Of a DNA stretch of 64,000 nt, positions 12,187 through 24,236 are shown one piece after another. Source of the DNA: Stegostoma tigrinum (Eukaryota). The notes below the pieces were generated by a model. That model saw only the letters and a program-made list of their open reading frames with translations, was not told where the DNA came from and made no database searches. The position numbers and the translations under genes are program-made. Location: NCBI RefSeq assembly GCF_030684315.1, contig NC_081396.1, positions 1,798,001 to 1,862,000 on the forward strand, given 5' to 3'. How positions within the stretch are numbered: position 1 is the stretch's first letter; each line of letters starts with the position of its first letter.

Positions 12187-13113
12187 ATGGAGAAATTGTG
12201 GAAATGTGGGGACTGTGGGAAGGGTTTCAAATATCCATCCCGGCTGGAAATCCATCAACGCATTCACACTGGGGAGAAGCCATTCACCTGCTCCATGTGT
12301 GGGAAAGGATTTATTGAGTCAAACAAACTTGTCGCACACCAGCGAATTCATACTGAGGAGAGGCCATTCAGCTGCACCTATTGTACAAAGAGGTTCAGAT
12401 CTTCATCTGAACTGAATAAACACCAGCGAGTTCACACTGGGGAAAAGCCATTCATCTGCTCTGTGTGTGGGAAGAGATTCACTCGTTCATCTGGCCTTCA
12501 GTCACACCAGCGAATTCACACTGAGCAGAAACCTTTCAGCTGCACCTCCTGTGGTAAGAGGTTCAGACATTCTTCTGTTCTCATTGTGCACCAATTCACT
12601 CACACCAGGGAGAGGCCATTTGTTTGCTCCTTGTGTGGGAAGGGATTCACTCAGTCATCCAAACTGCGGATCCACCAGCGAGTTCACACTGGAGAGAGAC
12701 CATTCACGTGCCCCTTGTGTGGCAAGGGGTTTGCTCAGAGAGCCCATGTGTCGACGCACCAGAGAATTCACAGCGGGGAGAAACCATTCACCTGCTCTGA
12801 ATGTGGGCAGGGATTCACTCGGTCAGCCAGCTTGCTCATACACCAACGAATTCACAGTGGGGAGAAACCGTTCACCTGCTCAGAGTGTGGCAAGGGGTTT
12901 GCTCAGAAGATCAACCTGTTAACACACCAGCGAGTTCACACTGGAGAGAAGCCTTTCAGCTGCATTTCCTGTGGGAAGGATTTCAGACGGAAATCCACCC
13001 TCATTGTACACCAGCGAGTTCACTCTAGGGAGAGACCATTCACCTGCTCCGTGTGTGGGAAGGGATTCACTCAATCCGTCAACCTAAAGACACACGAGCG
13101 AATTCACAAGTGA
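12187..13113 (+). CDS. C2H2 zinc-finger protein, 11 tandem fingers, no KRAB/SCAN/BTB domain in this exon (ZNF gene A)
   Basis: 308-aa ORF with good Kozak (accATGg); 11 intact CX2CX12HX3H fingers with TGEKP-type linkers; candidate acceptor tttgttttcccAG at 11852-11853; AATAAA at 13188. Confidence 0.92.
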   Translation: MEKLWKCGDCGKGFKYPSRLEIHQRIHTGEKPFTCSMCGKGFIESNKLVAHQRIHTEERPFSCTYCTKRFRSSSELNKHQRVHTGEKPFICSVCGKRFTRSSGLQSHQRIHTEQKPFSCTSCGKRFRHSSVLIVHQFTHTRERPFVCSLCGKGFTQSSKLRIHQRVHTGERPFTCPLCGKGFAQRAHVSTHQRIHSGEKPFTCSECGQGFTRSASLLIHQRIHSGEKPFTCSECGKGFAQKINLLTHQRVHTGEKPFSCISCGKDFRRKSTLIVHQRVHSRERPFTCSVCGKGFTQSVNLKTHERIHK

Positions 13114-13729
13114 ACCCTCGTGTCCCATGGACAGAAGCAGTTCAAGACAGTTCACCATCATCTTCTCAACAGCAATGAGGGTTGGACAATAAATGCTAGC
13201 TCACCCAACGACTTCCTTACACCATGAAATAATTACAAAAGAAGGGCCGCAGGTGTTAGATTCTGTTGTTTTTACCTTCTTGCTTCATGACATTTTTAAC
13301 ACAAAAGCTGTCACATTCACAGAAGCCAAGGTTGTAGAAGGGATTACAACAAATGCTTTGACCAAGCAATTTTTCAGTCTGGTCTTGTCATTTTTGTCAT
13401 ATGTTGTGGAGTCTGACGCACCACACCCGACAGTTTCAGAGTTAAGAATCGAGTGAAAGATGACTGTATATAATCCTTCACTTGGTTTGGTACTTTTTTT
13501 TTATCCCTGATGACCCCTGCAGATATGGAAACAATTTGTCTGTACACAAGGTCAGACAGCAAGGTCAGCGATTGGTCCAGACTGAAAACAAAGCCAAAAG
13601 TACAGCTTATTTTTAGTCAGAGAATTGCGCTGTACTACAGATGCTGTATTAGTAGTGCACACAGAAACTCAGCTACAAAACCTCATAATTGTTTGTGTCT
13701 CTCCTTGTCTGTAAGGGAGACTGTGTAGG

Positions 13730-14891
13730 ACTGGGATTCACAGCTTTTCGAGAACAAGGGAGGAAAAATGTTTCCAGAAAAACTGAAATGGTCTCTTCTA
13801 AATTTCCATGCTGAACTGAGACTGTTGACTTGAATAAACTTTACAGGATATTAGGAATGGAGGGTTCACAGTTTGGAAATTCAATGAAATCGAGTCAAAC
13901 ATTAACAGAACCACTTGATCCATCAGAACTGGTCTTTAAATGTGGAAAGAGAAATGTTTGTTCTGTATGTCTAAGAACGAGTCAAGTATCAGAGATTGTG
14001 TGTATCTTAGTGATTATCTGAGTTAGAGGGTTCCAGGGCAGCACTGACTGTGGAAAGAGCTTTAACCAGTTACACAGCTTGAAAAAAATCATCTCACCAC
14101 TCACAGCGGGAAACACAGTACTCGTGTTGAATGTGTGTGGGGGTGGTGGGGGGGTGGGGGAGGTGGGTGGTCAATGGTTGTCCAGCCTGACACAGAAACA
14201 CTGGCACCATGGAGAAACCATAGAAGTGTGAGCACTGACATAAAGGATTCACTTCTTTGTATTGGCTGGGAAACCGTTGATGCAGTTACACTGGAGTAGC
14301 CGTTCGTCTGTTCAGTATACAGGAAGAGATTTACTCAGCATCTCCCTGATGTCACACCAGTGAGTTCACACTGAGGAGAGGCCTTTTAATTACATTTACT
14401 GTGGGAAGAAATTCAACATCTCATCCACAGCACTGCACCCCAACAAATTCACACAGGGGAGATTCTGTTCGCTGCCCCGTGTCGAGGAAAGGATTGATTT
14501 AATCAATCGACGTGGTTGGACACCAGGGGGTTGATACAGTGGACAGACTGTTCATCTTCCCTATTTGTGGGAAGGGATTCACTCAGTTGTTTGCTCTCCT
14601 GCCACACCACCGAGTTCACATTAAGGAGAACCAAACGAACCACTCTCACCTTGAAAGAGTTTCAGACAGGGAGTTATCCAAATCAAAAATAAAAACTGCT
14701 GGAGAACTCAGCGGGTCTCGCAGCATCTGTGGAGAGAGAATCATAGTGAACATTTTGGGTGCAGGACCCCTTCAGATCCCTTCTGTACACTAACACATTC
14801 AAACTGGGAGAAGCTGTTCCCCTGTTCAGTATGTAGGGATGGATTCACTGAGTTGTGATTCCTGCAGATATATCGGCGAGTTCATAAGTGA
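13730..14891 (+). pseudogene. C2H2 zinc-finger pseudogene, tandem paralog of gene A
   Basis: accATG at 14209 reads MEKP*KCEH*HKGF with many stops and frameshifts. It ends 'cataagtga' like gene A ('cacaagtga'). Upstream 13735-14100 resembles 11745-12110. Interrupted by a Penelope-tail fragment at ~14676-14780. Confidence 0.85.
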
Positions 14892-15049
14892 AGGTAGGGT
14901 TTTGATTTTGATGCTATTGCCCATGTTAATCACATGCAGGAAAAATCCTATGAAAATATTTGATTTGTTTCTGATGACATTAACAGCCCTGTAAGTGGTT
15001 GGAGCTTAATATTTTGGATAACGGTGCTGATTTGAGGGGCTGCCGTGTT

Positions 15050-17035
15050 CCATTTAAGGCTCAATCAGAAATCTTTCGGCTTGATTCAAGAAATCTCTGA
15101 AACTTGTTCACAGTAAAATTCTAAGCTTCGATAACAAATTGACATTTGGTGGCAGACCTACAATTCAATGTCTAAAAGGCTCCACTGATGAACATCTCCA
15201 ACAAGAGTACTGACTAATCCTCACTGATTTGCACATTGTTATCATGCCCGTTCTGAAATGAAATTAGGAAGGAGCATGAAACTGAAGAAGGAAGTATTTT
15301 ACAGACACATCAATAAAAACTTTATGGTGGAGTCCTCACTGTTGTTTTCGATACATTTTTAAAATCTCATTCTGAGAGCTCTCCCCAATTTGGCTTCCCC
15401 GGACACCAATGCTCTGTTTTTAAGCCCTTCTGTGCACTGTAGGCTGAGCAGCCTGTCTCTGTGCACCTGCTTTTAGTAGAGTCACACCAATTCTCTGTAA
15501 AGCCTACTCACATATAACAAAGGGGGAATCTCCCATTGGATTTCCTGTATGCAGGAGTTGGTTATTAAAACTGCAAGTGAGTGTTTTTGCTGGTGAACCC
15601 TGACAATCCTGTCCTCAAGTGCTGCAGTATCAGGCAGATCAAACCACAGATCCCCCAGGACCCTGGGCTTCCCATGTGACCGCGCAATACAACTACACTT
15701 CCACCGATAACTGTAGGGGTGGAGACGAATACACAGACTGCAGTCTGATCGTCTGTAAATTTCCTTGAGGCAGGCAACCCCAAAAAACTCTGCTTTCTAT
15801 GAGTATCATGTTTTAGTCTCCAAGTCCCCTTGCCATTTTAATAGCACAAAATATTAAAGTTTAAAACTCCATTAAATTTTGGAATCTGAACACCATCACC
15901 CATCTCACGACATCACAGCTCTCATGCTCCCTTCTCGATCAGAAGCAAGATGCAAATGGAGTGGGCTGGTTTAATAGCAGTACTCTACTCCTTAGCAGGG
16001 AAATCTCTTGAGGTGAATATTGAGGGGGAGGTCTCTCTCTCTCTCTCTCTGTTCAGGTGCGGGGAAAGAAGTCTGCGGAAGTTTGCAGGATGCCGTGACA
16101 GTTGGAGGAGGAGGAGGGTCCAGTGGTTCAGTTCTCAGGTTACCTTTATCCTGAGTCTCCTGCTCAAGGACATCAATCAGTACATGGGCTGAATCACAAC
16201 ATATGGGCTGACCCTTGAACAATTTGAGCCAGTTAGTTTGATTTTTACCTAAGTTTATGCTGTTTTACCCTGTTTTTGATCCTGTTTAGCTATTCCCAGC
16301 TGTAATTTGTAGACCAAAGGACTCAATTTTTCAATGATCAGGTACAGCCCAGCACACCATGGGAACAGAAAGGTTCTGGGTTGGAACACTCTCAGCATCG
16401 CTGTGGCCCCTAGTTTAGTGTCTCTGGGGTTCATGTGTTTGATCCACAGAACCTTCTGAGTTTTTCCTGCCAATGTATGTGCTACCACAATCCTGGGACC
16501 CTGAATCTTCCGAGAGCTCAGCAGATTCAACCTCACCTCTGTCCTATCCCTTTGTGCATGTCAACCCAGTATGTGTTCCTTCCCTGGCGTAAATTTGCTG
16601 TTTTATTGCCAGGTGGAGTGGTCTCACAGTGGGTCTTAATTTTCTCTGGAATGTTTTTGCCACCTATGACTGCTTTGAAAATGTTGTGTGAACAGATCAC
16701 TAACATTCCCCAAAAATCTCCGGTTGTTCTTCAACAGAAACTACAGCTGCCAATGCCACATCATATGCCCCCATATTTGCAGGAATTTTGTCTGCCCTGT
16801 CTCTCAACACTTCCCCTCCACCCCGCCACCCCCACCTTGGTCCCTGCATTTGAACACCAAACCGTATAAACTGCTGGTTCACTATTAAAGAGCAGCCATC
16901 AATCATTTTTTGTTTGGAATTTCCCTGTCAACTCTACAGATATTATAAATCTCTCCATCTATATCAACCAACCCTTTCAATTTCAATTTAAAACCTCCCA
17001 TGAGGGTTCTTGCTACCGAAATAAACCAGCCATGA
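15050..17035 (-). mobile_element. Degenerate LTR-retroelement internal fragment (Gypsy/ERV-like)
   Basis: Minus ORF 16255-16536 contains 'PWCAGLYLIIEKLSPLVYKLQL', matching the integrase C-terminal GPY/F pattern (W.GPY.I...SP..Y.L). Boundaries are approximate. Confidence 0.5.
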
Positions 17036-17394
17036 GGCAGGAGTCATAGAGTCATAGACATGTACAACACGGAAACAGACCCTTTGATTTGACTCGTCTA
17101 TGCCAACCAGGCGAATAAATCTAGTCTCATTTGGCCCATATCCCTCTGATACCCTTCCTGTTCATATACCCATCCAAATGCCTTTTAATTGTTGTAATTG
17201 TCCCAGCCTCCACCACTTTCTCTGCGGCTCATTCCATACACACACCACCCTTTGCGTGAAAAAGTTGTCTGTTAGGTCCCTCTGAAACCTTTCCTCTCAT
17301 ATTAAACTATGGTGTCTAAGTTTGGACTCACCTACCCTGGGGAAAATACCTTGTCTATTTACTTTATCCCTCATTATTTACCTTATGACCCTCA

Positions 17395-17660
17395 TGGCAG
17401 ATGGTGGAATTTGAAATTCAATAACTATCTGGAATTAAGAATCTAATGATGACCATGAATCCATTGTCGATTGTTGGAAAAACCCATCTGGTTCAGTAGT
17501 GTCCTTTAGGGAAGAAAATCTGCCATCCTCACCTGGTCAGGCCTACATGTAACTCCAGACCTACAACAATGTGGTTGACTTTTAAATGCCCTCTGGGCAA
17601 TTAGGGATGGGAAATAAATGCTGCCCAGCAGCGCAACCCTCCTCCCATGAATGAATAAAA
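17395..17660 (+). mobile_element. Short retroposon with L2-like 3' end inserted in CR1
   Basis: Ends 'gggcaattagggatgggaaataaatgctg...cccatgaatgaataaaa'. Related 3' ends occur at 13130-13240, 19740-19880 and 21540-21660. Confidence 0.6.
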
Positions 17661-18654
17661 TATATCATAATTTTACAAACCTCAGCCTTGGACACTCCAG
17701 GGAATATCATCCTAATCTATTCAACCTCTCCCTTTAGTTCAAACCTTCTAGCCCTGGCACCATCCTTTTAAATCTCTTCTGAACCCTTTCAACTTTCACA
17801 ACATCCTTCCTATAGCAGTGAGACCTGTATTGCACACAGTATTCCAATAGTGGCTGAACCAATGTCTTTCACAGCCGCAACATGACATCCCAAGTTCCAC
17901 AGTCAATGAACTGACCAATAAAGGCAAGCATACCAAACACCTTCTTCACTGTCCTTATCCACCTGTTGACTCCACTTTCGAGGAACTATGAAACTACACT
18001 GTAAGATCCCTTTGTTCAGCAACACTCCCCAGGACCATATACATTTAATAATAAGTTCTGCCCTGAATTACCGTTCCAAAATGCAGCACCTCACATTTAT
18101 CTAAATTAAACTTTATCTGCCACTCCTCGGTCCAATGATCAAGATCCCGTTGTACTCTGAGGTAACCAACCTCCAGTCTTCTGGCACCTCGCGCCTCTGG
18201 CTATCGATGATACAAAAATCTCAGCAAGCGACCCAGCAATCTCCTCCCTAGCTTCCCGTAGAGTTCTAGGATACACCTGTTCAGGTCCCAGGGATTTATC
18301 CACCTTTATGCATTTTAGAATGTCCAGCACCTCCTTCTCTGTAATATGGACATTTTTCAAGAAGTCGCTATTTATTTCCCCACGTTCGTTATCTTCCATA
18401 TCCTTCTCCACATTAAATGCCGATGTGAACTACTCATTTAGTATCCCCCAAATCTCCTGCGGTTCCACACATGGGTGGGCTTGCTGATCTTTCAGGAGCC
18501 CTACTCCCTTCCTAGTTACCCTTTTGTCCTTAATGTATTTGTAGAATCCCTTTAGATTCTCTCCAATGCTTTTGCCAAAGCTATCTCATCCCCTTTGTGC
18601 CCTCCTGATTTCCCTCTGAAGTGTACACTTACTGTTTTTGTACTCTCCTAGGGA

Positions 18655-19065
18655 TTAAAGTTTTAGCAAAGATTTGGAGCTCATGTGGATGAGGTTGTTG
18701 ACTTGCTCGACAAGCTGGCTTGCTTTCATTCAGATGTTTTGTTACCATGCTAGGTGACATCATCAGTGAGGCTTCCAATGAAGCAAGTTGTTCTACTCTA
18801 CTTGAAATTTATCCTTTCTGGTCCATTATGGTGAGTACTGTTATTTCCGGTTTTGATCTGTATGGGTTTGTACATGGGTTTGCAGACACAAACCCTTACA
18901 GATCAAAACCGAAAATAACAATACTCACAATGGACCAAACAGTATAAATTTCAAGCAGAGTAGAACAATATCGCTTCATCGGAGGTCTTACTATGATGTC
19001 ACCTAACATGGTGACAAAACATCTAAACAAATACAAGCCATGTCGGCAATCAAGTCAACAACCTC
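18655..19065. mobile_element. Fold-back (inverted terminal repeat) non-autonomous Penelope derivative with two hammerhead motifs
   Basis: Arms ~18690-18870 and ~18888-19066 are reverse complements. Hammerhead-like cores at 18733-18766 (-) and 18991-19023 (+). TSD actctcctaggga (18642-18654) / actcttctaggga (19066-19078). Confidence 0.82.
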
Positions 19066-19299
19066 ACTCTTCTAGGGAGTTACTCAATTTCTGCTGTCTA
19101 CATCTGAGATATGCTTCCTTCTTATTCTTAACCGAAACCTCAATTTTTATAGTAATCCAGCATTCCCTACATGTACCAGCCTTGCCCTTCATCCTAACAG
19201 GAACATACTGCCTATGGGCTCTCATTATCTCATTTTTGAAGGCTGCCCATTTTCCAGCTGTCCCTTTACCTGTGAACATCTACCCCTAATCATGGAGTA

Positions 19300-19740
19300 G
19301 ACTCTCTGCTCGCAGGGAAGTACCGGCCAATGAAGGGTCGCCCATTGATCGTATCCTGTGTTTGTCTTCAGAGGATGTTGTTACATTTTTTAGCTGTGGC
19401 ATGTTGGAACTGGCAATCGATGAGTTAGATATTGTATCCCACTCATATGAGGGTGTCCTTCAAAATCTTTAGGTGTCTTATCGTGTGCCTCCTTATCTTA
19501 GCATGGCAACCTCTGCAAGACATGTCAGATCATTGATATGGATACTACCATCACATAAGGGAACATTCACCATGACACAGCAGATATTCATGTGACTTGG
19601 CCAGTATTGTCTGTCTCATATGCCACAGGCAAGGATGCCACAAGGCATGGTATATTGGCAAGATCACGTAGATGCTAAAACAGTGATTTTTCTGGGGGGC
19701 AATGAGCAACAGGGTGCAAAATCCTAGACTTCAATTGATC
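19300..19740. mobile_element. Penelope-like fragments of another family (GIY-YIG relic)
   Basis: 19590-19665 reads approximately SCDLASIVCLICHRQGCHKAWYIGK, a GIY-YIG 'YIG' motif. Confidence 0.55.
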
Positions 19741-20537
19741 AGAGCATTGTGGCTGTCTCTGCTCTCCAGCGATGGTTACAGTCCAAGAGGCAGCTCACCA
19801 CCACATTCTCCAGGGCAACCAGCAATGGAACATAGAGACTCACCACGATCTTCCATATCACATGAATGAAGAAAATAAATTGTCTGGCTTTGGACTTATA
19901 TTGAGGTACAAATATCTAGCTACCTCCAATATTCTCCATTGTACATTTATGGTAATTTAAATTAATGTAATCTTTGACAGAATAACTTGTGACTATTTGT
20001 CACTTTTATTTGCACCAACAGAATTGGCAGAAACATTAGTGGCTCAGGCAACATTGGTGGAAAGGACAAAAGCTTAGAAATGGATCCTGGACTCTCAAAA
20101 TTGGTGAGTAATAAAACAAGGTATTGGCAACAATCTCCCATCTCTTTAACGTTTGGTTTCACTGGATCTTATCCTTTGTCTACGAGTTCTTTATTTTTTC
20201 CAATTTAGGAAGCCTTTCACTTCTATAATAATCTTTTCACTTCTCTATGTTCAATTTCACAGGAAATTTTGCTGTCCCATTTGAATTATAAAATGGTGAT
20301 GGGTGAATAAAACTTGGTGTGAGTCCACATATGCGCAGTGAAATTTTGGAAGAGCTTGAGCCACCAATGAGGTTGAATGTGGGAGGCCGTCTGGGAGTAT
20401 GTTAGGAAAGTTAAATCTAGAAGTAACCAACGAGAAAGCACCTTTCCCAGTCGGTAGAAACCCATCAAGGGCAATGCAATATGATTGAATGTTATCACAT
20501 CCAGCAGCTTCAATGTTCGCTCTCTCCACCAGGAAGA

Positions 20538-20983
20538 AGCATGGTGGCTCAGTGATTAGCACTGCTGCTTTACAGCACCAGGGATCTGGGTTTGATTCCA
20601 CTCTTGAGCAACTGTCTGTGTGGAACAAAAGCAAAGTTGCTGGAAAAGCTCAGCAGGTCTGGCAACATCTGTGAGGGAAAAAAAGAACAGAGTTAATGTC
20701 TTGCGTCTGTCTGTGTGGAGTTTGCACATGCTACCTGTGCGGAGTTTGCACATGCTACCTGTGCCTGCTTGGGTTTCCTCCTACAACCCACTTATGTGTT
20801 GGTTAGATGGATCAGCCATGCTTAATTGCCCATGGTGTTCAGGCATGTGCTGGATTGGCCAAGGGAAATGGTTGCAGGGATAACGTAGGCAGGGGATAGG
20901 TCTGGGTAGGATGCTGTTCAGAGGGTTGGGGTGAAATTGATGGGCTGCATGGCCTCCTTCCATACTGCAGGGATTCTATGATG
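20538..20983 (+). mobile_element. HE1-type tRNA-derived SINE with nested 82-bp Penelope-tail insertion
   Basis: A box TGGCTCAGTGATTAG, B box GGTTTGATTCC, V-SINE core 'ctgtctgtgtggagtttgcac', CR1-like tail 'gggattctatg'. Insert 20625-20706 is flanked by a perfect 13-bp TSD ctgtctgtgtgga. Confidence 0.9.
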
Positions 20984-22083
20984 ATTTGGTGGAACAGTGT
21001 GTACCACCTACAGAATGTCCTACAGTAACTCACCAACGCTCCTTTGACAGCATCATCCACACAACCCATGAGTTTTACCACCAGTTAGGACAGAATCACA
21101 CCAAAGGCACACCACCACATACAGCTACCCCTCCCTTCCAACTGACACGCCATCCTGACGTGGAACATAGGGTGGGAATGTAGCGATCATGAGCTGGCCA
21201 GTGTTTATTGCCTGGCCCTAGTACCGCTCAGTAGGCCATTTCAGGTGAAAGTTGACATTCAACCACCGTGTCTTGGGTCTGGAATCGCATACAGGCCAGA
21301 ACAGGTGGAGATGGCAGATTTCCTTTGAAGATGGGTTTGTACAACAGTTGACAATGGTTTCACGGTCATCTGTAGATGCTTTCTTCTAGATTTTATTTTC
21401 ATTCAATTTAAATTACACTATCTGTCACAATGGATGTCCCAAGAACATTACGAGAGTTTCTGGATTACTAATCTATCAATAATACCGATAAGCTATTGCC
21501 AGTATATATCACAAGTAACTTACTGTCAAGGTGAACCTGCACTGACATCAGTGCAACATTTCAGGAAGTAGCTAATCATCACTCTCTTGAGGGTAAGTAA
21601 AGATGGGCAGGAAATACTAGTCCACACAGCGGAGACCAGATCCCATGAATGAAGGCAAAAATTAGGGCTTTCTGACACGTGGCATGTTTGTAGGGGCTTG
21701 GAGAATTCTCTCTCAAACTGAGTAAGCTTAGCAATGATTTAGTCAGTATATAAATTTACTTCTAGAAGATTGCACCTGCAGAGGTGGAGAAATTATTTAC
21801 ATTGGCAGAATGTTTAGTAACCACAAAATTCGGCTTTCAGATAATTGGCACATGATCTAGGCGAAAGATGTGGAGATTGTTTCACTCAGCAAGATCAGGG
21901 AATCTGGAAAAGACTCAACTATCATTCTTGATACTCATTTGGAATGTAACTTAATAAGGAAAGATTTGGAGGGCAGATTACACAAAGAACTGCAGAGGCT
22001 AGATATCTGAAACAAACATCACTGGAGACACTTTGCAGGTCTGGCAGCATTTATGATACAAAAACAGCTAAGATTTTGAGTCC

Positions 22084-22216
22084 GAGATAATGGGAACTGC
22101 AGATGCTGGAGAATTCCAAGATAATAAAATGTGAGGCTGGATGAACACAGCAGGCCAAGCAGCATCTCAGGAGCACAAAAGCTGACGTTTCGGGCCTGGA
22201 CCCTTCATCAGAGAGG
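22084..22216 (-). mobile_element. Short non-autonomous Penelope-tail element (family 1)
   Basis: Reverse complement of the tail seen at 5755-5845 and 34394-34525; no coding body attached. Confidence 0.85.
22184..22211 (-). ncRNA. Minimal hammerhead ribozyme motif, consensus-perfect core
   Basis: Minus strand: CUGAUGA-A-GGGUC-CAG-GCCC-GAAA-CG-UC. Stem III is reduced to the palindrome ACGU and stem I is only ~2 bp. Confidence 0.78.
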
Positions 22217-22369
22217 ACAGATTTGGAGGGCTCTGGACATAGGGGTGGGGTGTGTTCATAGATTTGCAGCATTTCTCAAGTGATAGAGTACAGTCCCAAT
22301 GGGCTGAATGGCCACCAGGCCTCAGCTCTGACATTGCACCATTCGCTGTGAATGGTGAAGGTCATCCTA

Positions 22370-22710
22370 GAGCAGAAGCTCAACAGCTCTAGCAACATCT
22401 GTGAAGAGAAATTAGGGTTAATATTTCAGGTCCAATTACCCTTCTTCTGAGGAAGCTGCCAAGATTTTGCAGCAATTTCTGATATTTCTTTCCAACGAGC
22501 AGTTGGGAGAAGGACATCAGAGTGACAGACAACCCATAACGTGGGTGCTCGGAATCAGAAACAAAAACAGAAGTTGCTGGAAAAGCTCAGCTGGTTCCTC
22601 AGAGGAAGGGTCATTGCCCTGAAATGTTAGTTCGGATTTCTCTTCACAGATCTGCTGAGATTTTCCAGCAATTTATGTTTTTCTCTCTGACTTACAGCGT
22701 CAACATTCCT
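22370..22710. mobile_element. Two short fold-back Penelope-tail relics
   Basis: 22553-22600 ('aaaacagaagttgctggaaaagctcagc') is inverted at 22653-22690 ('gctgagattttccagcaatttatgtttt'). Degenerate hammerhead 'cagaggaagggtcattgccctgaaatgtta' lies between the arms. Confidence 0.6.
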
Positions 22711-23240
22711 TTCTGTGCTCATGAGAAGCACACTGATTATCCCATTCTGAGTGACAAAAAAAATCCATGAATTCCCGGCACTTGTTGGAGATGAGGATGG
22801 AGGAGATTGGGGAGATAGATAGCCTATCAAAATATTTGAGTCTGTTTTAGCAATAAGATAAAGACACGATACACAATAGTTTTAACAGAAGGCTGATTTA
22901 TGTCAGCTTTTTTCCCCCAATTAGGTAACCAAACATGCTTACAAACATCATCAGAAACACGCCCAGAGAACATTGTTTAGAGATGGTTAACAGTCCTCCA
23001 TTTACTTGGGAACTGATTGGTGGTTAACCAGTCTTAATGCACGAGGAAGTCCCTTTTCATATACATGTAGGTGGACAGTCTATACTCAGTGTTAATGTGT
23101 TGACATACAGTGAAGGTGTAATCATTTCCCAAACCTACCTTACAGGGACACAATTGCTATGAACATTTTATTGGCAATTTTAGCAACTTTAACTGAGCAG
23201 GGATTGATAACAACAGTACAATTGGGCCAAAGAGCACAGT

Positions 23241-24236
23241 TCATTCCTTGGAGCGAGTAAGAGCAAATTCCTTCAACTGTGGTTCTTTGTGAGTTTGCTG
23301 GTGTGTTAACAGTTTGGATGACCGAGTGAATCGCCTCCCACACAAGGAGCAAACGAATGGTTTCTCCCCAGTATGAACTCGTTGGTGTATCAACAGGGAG
23401 GTTGAATCAGCAAAGCCTTTTCTACACACAGAACACATGTATGGTCTCTCTCTGGTGTGAACTCGCTGATGTATCAGCAGGTGAATTGTCTGAGTGAATG
23501 CTTTCCCACATTCAGAACAGGTGAATGGTCTCTCTCCAGTATGAACTCGCTGATGTCGCAGTAGGTTCGATGAGTGAGTAAATCCCTTCCCACACTCAGA
23601 GCAGGTGAACGGTTTCTCTCCAGTGTGAACTCGCTGGTGTATCAGTAGTTTCGATGAGCGAGTGAATCCTTTCCCACACTCAGAACAGGTGAATGGTCTC
23701 TCCGTCGTGTGAACGCGCTGGTGTTCCAGCAGGTAAGATGACTGAGTGAATCCCTTCCCACAATCAGAGCAGGTGAATGGCTTCTCTCCAGTGTGAATTC
23801 GCTGGTGTCTCAGTAAGGTGGATGACAAAGTGAATCCTTTTCCACACACGGAGCAGGTGAATGGTCTCTCCCCATTGTGAATTCGCTGATGTATTAGCAG
23901 ACTTGATGACAAAGTGAATCCTTTTCCACATACGGAGCAAGTGAATGGTCTCTCTCCAGTGTGAACTAGCCGGTGTTTCAGCAGGTGAGTTGTCTGAGTG
24001 AATCCCATCCCACACACAGAGCAAGCAAATGGTCTCTCTCCAGTGTGAACTCGCCGGTGTTTGCGCAGGTTGGATGACAAAGCGAATCCCATCCCACAAT
24101 CAGAGCAGACGAACGGCTTCTCCCCAGTGTGACTGCGTTGGTGAATTTTCAGCTGGGAAGGGTAGATAAATCCCCACCCACAATCCTCACATTTACACAA
24201 TCTCTCCCGAGTGTGACTGCGTTGGTGTTTGGACAT
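23241..24236 (-). CDS. C2H2 zinc-finger protein, 11 intact fingers, no KRAB in this exon (ZNF gene B)
   Basis: The ORF track start at 24323 is TTG; the first in-frame ATG is at 24236 ([20 protein letters not shown]...). Eleven intact fingers; strong minus-strand acceptor (polypyrimidine tract + CAG) at 24434-24433; AATAAA on the minus strand at 23167-23172. Confidence 0.9.
   Translation of the reverse strand: MSKHQRSHTRERLCKCEDCGWGFIYPSQLKIHQRSHTGEKPFVCSDCGMGFALSSNLRKHRRVHTGERPFACSVCGMGFTQTTHLLKHRLVHTGERPFTCSVCGKGFTLSSSLLIHQRIHNGERPFTCSVCGKGFTLSSTLLRHQRIHTGEKPFTCSDCGKGFTQSSYLLEHQRVHTTERPFTCSECGKGFTRSSKLLIHQRVHTGEKPFTCSECGKGFTHSSNLLRHQRVHTGERPFTCSECGKAFTQTIHLLIHQRVHTRERPYMCSVCRKGFADSTSLLIHQRVHTGEKPFVCSLCGRRFTRSSKLLTHQQTHKEPQLKEFALTRSKE

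Larger units (their letters stand above)
17040..19290 (-). mobile_element. CR1 LINE fragment with nested insertions
   Basis: Minus ORFs 18139-18411 (KVDKSLGPEQVYPRTLREAREEIA) and 19064-19279 (KWAAFKNEIMRAHRQYVP); 3' tail '(gagtcata)2' at 17041; interrupted at 17395-17660 and 18655-19065. Confidence 0.9.

Noticed and set aside
12187-13113. 84-bp periodicity as a CRISPR-like array
   Set aside because: It is the 28-codon C2H2 finger repeat in a vertebrate genome.
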